In this document: piece by piece, positions 13,411-25,400 of the stretch
Position numbering within the stretch: the first letter of the stretch is position 1
Layout of the letters: each line of letters opens with the position of its first letter
Assembly: GCA_964035545.1 (NCBI GenBank)
Contig: OZ037767.1
Span: 7,822,581-7,886,580 of the forward strand
DNA: 64,000 nt
Reading direction: 5' to 3'
DNA from: Bugula neritina
Taxonomy: Eukaryota; Animalia; Bryozoa
Translations under genes and position numbers: made by a program
The notes under the pieces: generated by a model
Seen by the model: the letters and a program-made list of their open reading frames with translations, nothing else
Told to the model about the DNA's origin: nothing
The model's database searches: none

Positions 13411-16400
13411 CTGAAAATAACAAATTATAAAATGGGAAAAGAATGAACTTGGCTGATTAAACAACCTACTTATATTTACTCTTTAATTAAAGATAAATAG
13501 GTTAAAAGCAATGAACATACTAAAGTTTGCTGATTAAATGACCTACTTATATTTACTCTTTAATTTAAGATAGATTTTCAATAAGTTAAAAGCAATGATG
13601 GCATCCAAAAACAATGCATTTAAAACAACTACCTTTAAATTCATTGCTATACCTATAGTAATCACCATGCAACCAGAATGTTACTATGCAATGTACTACA
13701 AAAATAATATTTAGGATTATAATTATTTAGCTTTCACCCATTTAGGACTATATCTTATATATACAAAAGCTGTCTTACTAGAGTCTTTACAGATCAGCGG
13801 CTCTCCTAACCATTCAGTCATCAACTCAGTATTCACCACACAGTGTAGGTGATGGTCTCCTCCTTCTTGTTCTTTTCCTTTTTCACATTCATAGAGGATA
13901 AACTCCCCAATCTGTACTGAATCTCTTGGAGATGATTTAGTGCCAACTCCAGCTGGTGGGTTTGAGCATGTGGTAAGAGGAACTACAATCAATTGTAATA
14001 TAACAGCTATGTTTGAACGGCAAAAATAGTAAAAAACACTATTGGAATTTCAATATGTATGAAAATAACATGCTTTCTGGTTTGAACATATAGAATGGTA
14101 CCTTTGTGCTATAATATTTATTGAAAGGTTGCAGTAAGACCCTCAGTTTTTGCATATTATTATTACTCTTTACATAAAATCAAATAGTTGTGAGTATAAC
14201 CTATTAGTACCACACAATCAAAAATGCTAACCTTTGAAGCTGTGTCCTTCCCCAAGTAGTTTCACATACTCATCGTCAGAGCCCTGTAAACATAATTACA
14301 TTAAAGTAAAATATATAAAGCTAATACACATTCTCTGACTATAACTAACTTGTTAGGTAGACCAGAGAAAGAAGCAGCTTTTGATATAAAAGAGAGTGCA
14401 GCTGCTAAAGCCGGAAGAACGATTCGTATATCAGGCTACACCGTTTTTACTCCTTAGTGTGACTATATACACAGGATAGTTAAGGGCATCCTCACTAAGA
14501 ATATCATGAATTTCTTTCAAAATGTAGTTTAAGTTCTTGAATAAAATTGCTCTGCGGGGGGGGGGAGGGGGGCATGCATGTTGCCTACTTGCAATTGTTT
14601 AGCCTAAGATTAAACTACAACCAATAATCAGCAACCTTCATTAACTTTCTAATGCCTAATTATTGTGATTGTTGCTAAAGCTTCAAGTGCAATGAAATTT
14701 TTATGAAATATGCATTCCGGAGTTATATTACTATTGTTACCATTTTTTCGTTTTATAATAATACCGATACTAGAAATTTATTGTTCAAATTTCGGGTCTT
14801 CCTAAGTGCAAACCCCTCCCCCCAATTTTCGGACAACAAAGGATATTTTGTGAGCGTGTACTTTGTTCTGTTTGTATAAAAGCAGGTGAGTTTCCAATGT
14901 AGATTCAGTCTACCACTGGAGCTCGACTGTTGAAGACTACTCTATTACACTACAATAAGGATTGCTACTACTGAAGAATACCATCCATCTTGTTCTTTCT
15001 TACAAAGAGATATTGTAGTAACTTGTGGGTAATTGAATGAAATCAGGCGGGGAACATATTTCCTTGTTATAGAAGAGACAAGAGAGAGAATTGAAATAGC
15101 GGTGTGTGCTGTATCTTTATTGTATCTTTGATCCTTCAAGTTCGAGCTACAGTCCTCAAGTGAATGAAGCTCAAAAATAGGTTTCCTTTTATACTAGCCA
15201 GACATAGGAACTCTAGAACCTTCTACCGACAGTAGGCAAAAGCTTGGTAGGGTATGGTGACATTTGTCATGTCAATAACCGACAGACGAATGTCGGCATC
15301 CACTTGCCAAACTCAGTCCAGCTGTCGCTTCACATGAATCAGCAAAAATGAACCCAACCAAGTGTATGCCTATTGTAACTTGGGGGAAGAGAGATTAACT
15401 ATTTACTATGCTGAAGGCTTAGCAATAGCCATAGTTTTTAAGGTGTTAGAGAGTTATGCCACACACTTAGCTATAACTACAGTATTTAGAAAATAGCCAT
15501 AAGTAATGTCTCAAGGGAGACAACTGTGATGTTTACCACAATATGTTCAGCACTTAAGTTTTATTCAATCCACAAAGTTACTACAATGGTGGCAGCAGTG
15601 GGATTCTGAATAACTAAGTATCACCAAAGAGAACAAAATGGCCCAAGGGGAAAAAGAGAGGACAACCCCTGGAGCGCCAGAGACAGTAGCCCACACAATT
15701 GAGGCTCTGGTGACAGCCCTCCAAGAATTACAGGAGACTGGGCAAGCGCCACCTGGTGACAGGTACCACCTCAAACCCTCGATTTTCGGAGGTGAAGGAG
15801 ATGTCGAGCAGTTGATCCTCGAGTTTGAGGATGTGGCCACCATTGCTGAACGGCCAAGAACGGTGAGCATCTTTCATCTCTGGGCCTGTTTGACAGGCCG
15901 GGCCAAGAGTTTTGCACTTGGGCCTGGCAAAGCTCACATCATGCAAGCTTTCAGGGCCCAATTTGGCCTAACGACCGAGGAGGCCTCAGACCAACTACAA
16001 GCTACGAGAAGGGATCGGAGGATGCTTTTGCAAGACCACGCTAACGCGGCGAAACAATTGGCCCAGGCTGCCTTTTGGTTAGGCCACAGGTGCCGAACAA
16101 TGCCTGCAAATAGAGAAGCGGGACGGGGACCCGTTCGCCTTGACGTGGAGACAGAGCTAGGGCAGGCCATCTTTCGACCAAAACCCACTCATTTTGGTCA
16201 AATATTTAAGTTTTGGTAATATTTCAATTTATTTTATTGAACGCTTACATTTCTGTCACATGGACCCTATTTTTGATATATAATGTGGAACATGTATAGT
16301 AAAGCCATTTATGTGGTTTCTAATATCTTGTTACTGCACCTACCCCATATCTACTGTACATTAAAAACTTATATCTAGATTATAGCATTTGTTGTAAATA

Positions 16401-19400
16401 TGGTGCATGTTTGAGCTGATGCCTTGCTATAAACTTGCAAATTACACTTTGAAACGTGCTGCAAAAGCTTCAATTTTAAGCTAAAACAGAAGATAATTTT
16501 GACTCGGGAGGGCTCTCCTCCGGCCCTCCCGCACCCTCTCAGGCGGCCCATTGTGCGGGCCAGAGTTGTCCTTCCTATTGTCTCAGAGTACCAGTTGATA
16601 AACTTTTCATACCAACACGCCACTGGTCACTGCTGCTGGTTTTCTTGATTCTATTGGCTCTCCTTCTTTTGCTTCAGCCATCCTGCTTTGCTATTCTCAT
16701 ATGCAAGCCTACTTAATTATTCTGAAACTCGCCGCTGCCACCAATGTACTGACTTTTTTGGGTAGAAAGCAATTAAGTGGGGAGCGTACCTCCGCAGTAT
16801 AAGAAACAAGATAGCTTGTCCATGTTGAGTAGAATAATCTTTATTAAGTGCTATGAATTTATCTGGTTGTCTTCACCCAGCGAGCTCGGGTGGAAGACCG
16901 ACCCTACTCTATAACTATCTTCGCCTAACAAAATACTAAGAAATAAAAATAAGTTGAATGTTCAAAGAACACTTTTAGAAAACAGAATGTATGATTTCCT
17001 ATCTTCCCCTTCATAGTTTTCTAAATAAAAAGCAAAGTCTAGATTACAATCAAAAAGAATTGCCTGTAAGCCCATAAGTGTGTTTAGAATTGTATATATA
17101 GTAATTTGCTTACACTGTGATAACTTACATGGGGCACCCAGGTAGTAGCCATCCACACATCATAGTCTGCTGCCGAAGCCAGGTTTGTATTTGTGTAGCC
17201 ATTGTAACTTTTTCCATCTCCAACAGTGAACTCATATCCACCAGGGGTATAGACCTTTGTGTCATTAGCCAGTATCTCAGCTGTTACGTAACAATTTTGA
17301 GTGAGAGTAAGACTTGCTCTAGATACTGACTTGGAGTGAGAAGATTGAATACAGTTGCTACTAGATACAGCTCTTTTACTCCTGGTCTTTCTTTGAACCA
17401 GTATCAAGTAGGACCTGCAGCAAATGTTACCCAAAAAAATCATTTACCCGAACTATTTATTATGTGGTTTGTCTGACAAAAATGTGGCTGGTCAGTAACA
17501 AGAGACGAACTTGTGAAAAAGTATAAAAAAGATTTTGCAGAGTTGCTTATAGATTACAGATGTCAAAATTGGTAGATCTTATAGCTGAAGCTTTAGTTTC
17601 AGCTTCTTTTCTGCAAATATAGCCAAAAAGATCTTGATATAGTTATTGCAGAGTTATGCAATTAAATTTGAAAAGCCAGACTCTTTCAGTAAACTGGCAT
17701 CTGGAAATGCAACTTTGGTTGAAACATTGAATTAAATCAAAGAATTAACTGGACATGCTAATTAATCATCTGGTGACCACCATATTGTTTGACTATTATA
17801 CAAAGTATATCTTGTACAACCTTGCAATTCTGGTAGTCAAAATGAAATACTAAATAATTATACCTTATTTTAACAACCTCTTGCTGAAGTGGTAAAATGA
17901 TAACTGTAACTTTTCCTGAACACACCACAAGCTTGGTAAACAGGCTCTGATTCTTGACTAAAATTATTATTCAATTGTTAAAAAAAGTGAAACATAAACA
18001 GCTTCAGCGAGTGAAAAGTTATAATATTTAGAAAACAGTATAAAAAGAGCTGAAATAACTACGAAATTGAAGCAGTAATCTAATTGTCATTTGTCAACAT
18101 AATCGCCTGTTTGAAAAGTTGATAATGCTGATAAGACCAATTGTAGTTTTAGAAGAGCTCTGTGATCATGTTTACTTACTTATAAACTTTATTACCAATA
18201 AATTTCACTATAGAATGTTGTGGACTTTATTAACTAATGTTGTGACAAAACCAAAAATTCAAATCCGGCTGCATTTGGATATGTAGCCTTTGGTAGTGTC
18301 TAGAATAAAAAATTTAGGTTATTATTGCAGAGCTGCGCTTGTAATGTCACAATAGTTGTATTTATAAAAAAAAAGAATTTTACCATGATATGTCCTATAT
18401 AGTGTTTTAATGAGGGAGCAGCTGTGGTCTAAAGGTTAGATAGTCTGCTTAGTAAGCAGTGAGTTATGGGTTCGAGCCCAGACAAAGACCATTGGTGATG
18501 TTAGGAGGAGCATCTAGCCATAATTGCTCCCTATCTAAATGAGTACATAGCCTGATTTAACAAAAAACCTTTCTATCAAAGTTTTCTCACAGGGATGGCA
18601 ACTATAAATTCTTGTGCAAGTTTAAAGTGTTTTGATTGTAGTTGAAATATTTTTTGGACAAAACAAATCATAAACAATATGTTATTTACTTTGCTATGGG
18701 CTTTGTACTTCCTGATGGTTACTAGTTCTTTGAATAAGGTTGTTATTTATTATTGCAGAGCATAACAATTAGTCCCAAAATTTAAAAAGAAGTTTTGAAG
18801 AATATTATCCCACAATATTAAAAATTATACGAAATGGTAAGTTGAATTGAAATGTAATACTAACTGATGAATTCAGTAACAGTAGTTGCTGGTAGACTGG
18901 CAGGACTTGGAGCATATACTGAACCAGCTTGAGCTGTGCATTCTATCACAAAAGCAGACGCTATATTACATATAGAAGTCTTTTCTTCACCCTGATTGGT
19001 TGATGTGAAGTTGACTAATGGTATGACACCAGCTGTATTTTTGTAGTTACATTCAATCTAAAAGATAAAGCATTTCATACAAAATAATTATGCATTGACA
19101 ATTTCATGATTTTTATCTACATTAGTAAACCAGCTATATAGCTACAACTAGCTGACCCATCAATGCAGTTTCAAGATAATAAGCAGTCTTGTATACAGTT
19201 TTGGAAATATCTTGAAATAGATTACTGTCAGAAGAAAATCATAGCACCAATCACTGTTTGTTGTAATTGTAGTTAAACTCACTAAATAATAAGTAGTTAC
19301 TCCTGTGTATTCTCTAGGCTTGTTTAGAGATACATTTATGCAGTTTTCTTCCGATGATTCCAAAGCAATACTGGGTGGAGTTGTTGGTTCTACAGCAAAT

Positions 19401-22400
19401 TACAAAATAATAGAAAGTAATATTTCATTTATTAATTTAGAGTAAAGACACAATTTTGATACATGTGAATAAACTAAATGCTAGTCTCTGAGTATATTCA
19501 TGCTATAATTATTGGTGAATTTCAACTGTTTGGTTAATTTCTTGAGAAATAATTATAATATTGTGAATTTAAAAAAATGTTTGTACCAATATTTCCAGTC
19601 ATAACTGTCAGTTCTTTGGTTAAATTTTTGTTTTGTTCATTTCTAGCCTCTACTTCAAACTGGTAGCTGGTGTTGGCCATCAGATTAGAGAAAACATTCT
19701 GTTTACTGAACCCTGGCTGAGGAGAACTTTTCATCCTGAAACTCAATTCTGTTGTACCATTTGGCCCACACCCACTCAGGAGGCTCTATTAGAAAGTCGC
19801 AAAACATTGCATACAGTATGTAAAAGGGCATAAGATATTACTGACATTTAGCAAGGTTTTTATTGCCAAAATGACATTAATATAGAAATAAAAAATATTA
19901 TGCAATGTACAAATCAGTGAATGAGCATACCTGGTTTTTAACAATTATTGTAACCTCCCGGTAACTGTTCCAGTTATTTTGATAAACATACTCATCTGTA
20001 TAATCTATTTTTCCCACAAACTCTGGTGCTGAAAGAGAAGTGTCACTAAACACATGTGAAGATGTTGTGATGCACTTGAAGGTTCAACCTGTAGACTTAT
20101 GGTACATTTTTATTGCTCCTTCTTTATAAAATTGCTGTGTAAGCTTAGTGTCAAAAGAACACACGTACAAATGATATAACATCACATATACGGTATCTTA
20201 TAGTAACAATGGCACCGGTAAAATGGCCCAAGTAAGAATGGCATAAAGCATGGTAAAGTAGGTACAATGACACATTTTTAAAATATGGGCTTAAGATCAG
20301 ACTGGGTGTTTGGGATAGGAGTTCAGGTTTGAAAATAGGGGTTTGAGTTTGGAATTGGTGTTCAGGGGCTGAGGGTTTGAGCTTGGGGTTTGAAAATTTT
20401 AATGTTGTGTGCTATTTCTTCCTATACTTTTATTTTTTATTTTAACCTACCCATCTCTTTCTGCTATTATTACTTGTGCCACGTTTACCTAAAATCCATA
20501 TATGCATATATACCAGATGACAAGCAGCATACCTGTACACTCCTTAGTCATTACATGCAGAGAGATAAAAGGTCCAGGACACGTATCAGAATTTTCTGTA
20601 TGATGAGAGACTAGAAATCTGTAACCAGTTCCTGGATTCAACTGAGTGGCAGTAAAATTCACTCTACCATCTTCATTCTCAACATTCAGGTTCATTTCAC
20701 CAGTCAGACTGACTTCATACCTGTATATTGTGAAAAAATACAAAGTAGTTACTGTTATGCATACTTTTTGTTACCATTTTATTGAGCAACAGATAACAGT
20801 TAATATGGTATTAATATTTGTTGGATGTTGATAGAAACATGCTTTTTCACATGTCACATATACTTACTGCAAGTTGCTGTAATGAACTTGAGGATTACAA
20901 TTAAAAATCCAGGGTTGGGATTCACGATTCCATTGACTGAAAGATGCTGTTACAGAAGTATAGTCTGGATATACTATGTCAGCATTCTCTTTTACACTGA
21001 ACGTTGGGATATGATCTACAATATTTCATTAAGTGTCTAAATATAAAGTGGTTTAAATACGTGACTTGACCAAGAATTATCTCAGTTTTTTAATAACTTG
21101 CATAGTATAAGCAACATATTACACTTGAGTAATTTAACATTAGGAATGTATATGTAGATATACATGTATAAAATTTGTGCATTTACAAGTTCAAAGCTTT
21201 TTATTGCTAAACCTAGTAAAAAATCATTACACAATGAAACTTATTAAACAAAGACTATACTTATAATAAAAAGTTATTGATTGAACTGCAAAATTGGTTA
21301 AAAGATCACACAAATAATAGTTTGTAATAATGCTCACTTTTTTAATAAGTGTTGTAAATGTATAGCAAAAAATGCTTAGAGTGAGTCCTGGAACATTGAA
21401 TAACATTTAATTGTCAGATTGCTAGTTAGCATGAGGGTGGTGACAGCTGTTTCCACCAGATGCAAACTACATTTGAAAGCTATTTTGTGTTAATTGAGGC
21501 TAGTAAGTAAATTAAAAAACTGATACAAAAATTCTATGCAATAAAAAAAGTTATATTAATAAGCTAAATACAATAGACTCTGCTCACCATAGCCATATAT
21601 TTCAACTTCTCTCAATGCTACTCCTAGAGCATTATCAGTGAGTATAGCAAACTGTTGTATGTATGGAGATACATTCAAGTCACATAACACATTAAACATA
21701 ACTCCTTGAGCCTTGTAAACATATCTACATCCCTTCCAGTTATTGTTTGACCCAGTGTTTGGTGGTTTGTTTACATCATGTGGGTCTGAGCTGGTCAGGT
21801 AGTACATCTGCTTTAGTCTGTCAGCTATAAATCATGATTAAAATAGATAATTATAAAACCAGTTAGTGACTGAACAATATAACGAATAAAACTGTTGTTT
21901 ATGATTTTAATTTGTACTTGTTCAAATGCACAGCACTTAGTAATGAATATTATCATAATCAAAAAATTTCATTGTGTTGAAATAAAAATTAGTCACAGGT
22001 AGCAATGATTTAATGTTATTCTAATCTCCTTTAAATAAAACCTCATTTCATGCTAGAGTGCTTCTATTCTAATCTAATTTGTCACCAACAGTGGTTGGTT
22101 ACTCAACTAGCTAATAAAAATTATTTTTATTATGAATATTTGCCATACTAATCAAGAAAATTAAAGATGCATAATTTTAACAAGCTACAAATAAGCAGTG
22201 TTGAAATTGCATTAACAATTGTGATGAAAATACATTAGGGTTTGCACATTATTAATATTTGTAGCTTTACACCTGATTTTTAATGCTCAGATTTTTTCAC
22301 AAATATTGCAATTATTTTCTCACCTTCCTCTGCAAAAAAATGCAATGATGACATATACCTAATATAAGGTAGAACTAAAATTGATGAAAATAATAACAAT

Positions 22401-25400
22401 GCAGATATACAACCTATATACTATTTTTGTAATAGCCATTTGTAATCGTTAATCAGTGGTTTTGCAATAAAACTATACAGAGCATAAATTGAATTACTGA
22501 ATAAATTTAACCAGTTCAAAATCTTCTAATTGGCATTATATTAGGCATGACAGTGACAGTTAGAATTATATAAAAGTTAAAAAAAGACAGAAATAATTCG
22601 TCTTATGGAGCACCAGTCCACTTATAAGTTCCAAGATAATATCAATTCAGTTTAAAAGAGGTAGTTAAAGATTTATGGAAGGCCAAAATTATTCTCCTAA
22701 TTGCTGCTTTGTATATTAGTTATTATGCTAACGTTACTTTTGTTATTAGTTTAAAATCATACCACAAGGGTTTCCATTACAGCCACCATCTCGAGCATAT
22801 ATTCTGGCAAATTGGAAAATGATTTTTCTCCCCAAGTCTACTTTCCACCATTCACTGGCTTTAGACTGTCCTGTGTTAGAGTAACTACTGTCTATTTTAC
22901 CATCAATAGCAACTTCAGCAGACCAGTTACTATCACCTCCTGTATAAGTTGACTCCTGATAGGCTGTGCCTTTAGTAGCATAATTTATTCCTGAAATCCC
23001 AAACATATTATGGCATTGTATGAAAATATGCATGCATGCAGTGCATGAAAATGTTAGCCGACAATTCTTAGACATTAAAGTCTTAAAGTCAATGTTGTAT
23101 CAAAAATATGATATATATTATGCAAAAGGTTGCAGGACAATATTACTATCACAAGAGAATATGCATGTCTGGTGCGATCAAAATTGCATTTTCTATTTAA
23201 GCTATGGCCATGCAATATTCATAAAATTTGGTTGGCAATGAGTTTTATTATTTTTAATAGAATAGTTGGTGCCAGAAACAATAGGCTAATTCTTTGCCAT
23301 TCAATGATTTATGAAAAATTGGCACTGAACCTAGCTTTCTAAAATTGCATGTCTCCTTTGAGCAATAATTAAAGGTAATCTAATATGAAATAGTAGAATT
23401 AACTAAAGTAAAGTTTATGTACCAAAGTTTTCTGTAGACTAGAATTAACAATGAAAAAAAAAAGGTCTCTTTTACTATTTTTTTTAAGAATTTATTGGAT
23501 CTCTTATCCAATGCGTGATTACTTTGTATAAGAGAAATACCTATCAGGAAAATCATTGTTGCAATAATAATCTTAGTAACACAATACGGTAGTTATCAAA
23601 GCAAATTGATGTTTGAAGAAAATTAGCATTTTTTTTTGTTAGAATAAAACTAGCCTCTAAATATTGGCTGGATAGGGTTTTGCAGAATTGAAAAAGGATA
23701 AAGATTTACAATGTAATAAAAACATCGAAGTTTTAAAAACACATTTAAACAAATTTTTAATATTGAAAGAAGTCTAGGGATTGTTTCAAACATTTTTACT
23801 TCAATGAAACATGAGAGCTTTTGGAAAATGCTTTGTTGAAAATTCAAAAAAAGAGCTTTTCGACAAGGCTATTGATTGAGCTGCTGTAGCAGTAGCAGAA
23901 AATAACAGGAAAGTCCAATTTAGTTGAAAACGTACTTAATTAGGTGCTGAATGTCTTATAGATGAAACACCGTGAATCCTGCCTATAGCTGTAACTTGTA
24001 AGAATGAAAATGTTACAGGCCATTATCTTAAGACAGTATTTTTATACCTAATTAATTGTAAAACTCACTTTTCTTTGAGAAGATTTGAACTTCTTTGAGG
24101 GAGATAATTCCTCTCTGCTCTCTAGAAACAGCAATGTACTTAAACCTTTCTACATTACTAAATTCAATGACATGGAGATAGTTTATTGGATCATTCTGAG
24201 GAGAGATAACTTCCCAGTCAGATAAGGAGGAATATGAAGTAGTGGATACTGTCTCTTTGTTAGAACCCCACACAGTTATATTTGATAGTCTGTCACCTAC
24301 AATATAATGTCTGCCATACACAACTTATACACTTATAATTTGTTATCATATGTTAAATAGTGTTCAAAATGACAACCACTGTTAGATGCTAAAACTGTAT
24401 TAATAAACTCAACAGTACATTTTCATGCAGGATTAGTGTTCGCAACTGAATTACACTTTATACAGACACACGTCCTACAGTGATGGAAATGGACATTTCA
24501 ACATCATGCAGTTTTGTCAAAAGTAAAAATGACAGTTATGCACAAAAGGTTGAAATATGCTTTTCTATATGTACAGCTAAATGTTAAAGCAGTTTTTAAT
24601 CATGTTTCGTTATTGTAAATGTTTTATATCACAAATGTTTTAAACTTAAAGTTTGATTTCAGAGAAATGAACTAGTAGAGAAACTAAATTCACATAGAAT
24701 ATGTAAGCTTTAGAAAAAGAAGCTACTAATGCAGTACAAAGTTCGAGGAAATCAAAATTCAGCAGGTATTTTAAACAGTCGTGTCTATTGCAGTGCACAG
24801 TATGCAAACCTTGCAATTAAGGACTATGATTTCCCACTTGATTGGCCATATCTTGAAAAATAATAGCCCTACTGACCTCAAATTTTGATATATTTTAACC
24901 ATGGGCCTACCCACACTCTTCCCTCACAATTTCAGAGGTCAAGGTTCAATTATAGCGATTTTGGCCGGAGCTCACTAAAGAGTTATATCCTCCTAGAATA
25001 ATAGTTCAATTCTGCTCTAACTCCATAATTTAAAGCTAGACATATTTATCTAGAACCCCTACCACATTTAGCCTTCTAGGTTTACTAGATAACAAAATCT
25101 ATGCACTTTTCGTCGGAGTTCTTTATTTTTAGCATGCAAGGTACCATGTATTGAGATGATCATATCTTGAAACTATTACATGCACATGCCCAATTCTGGT
25201 AGGGTTGCTAGAATAATAGTTCAATTCTGCTCTAACTCCATAATTTCAAGCTAAACATATTTATCTAGAACCCCTACCACATTTAGCCTTCTAGGTTTAC
25301 TAGATAACAAAATCTATGCACTTTTCGCCGGAGTTCTTTATTTTTAGCATGAAAGGTACCATGTATTGAGATGATCATATTTTGAAACTATTACATGCAC

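Noticed and set aside
13452-13597. Tandem duplication of about 70 bp in gene B's last intron
   Set aside because: An ordinary local duplication with no evident effect on splice sites.
18412-18490. tRNA gene
   Set aside because: A and B boxes are present, but there is no intact cloverleaf; the TSD and the empty paralogous site indicate a SINE.
20084-20086. Selenocysteine or programmed read-through at gene B's TGA
   Set aside because: No SECIS recognised and no precedent for this domain type; nonsense mutation or error is simpler.
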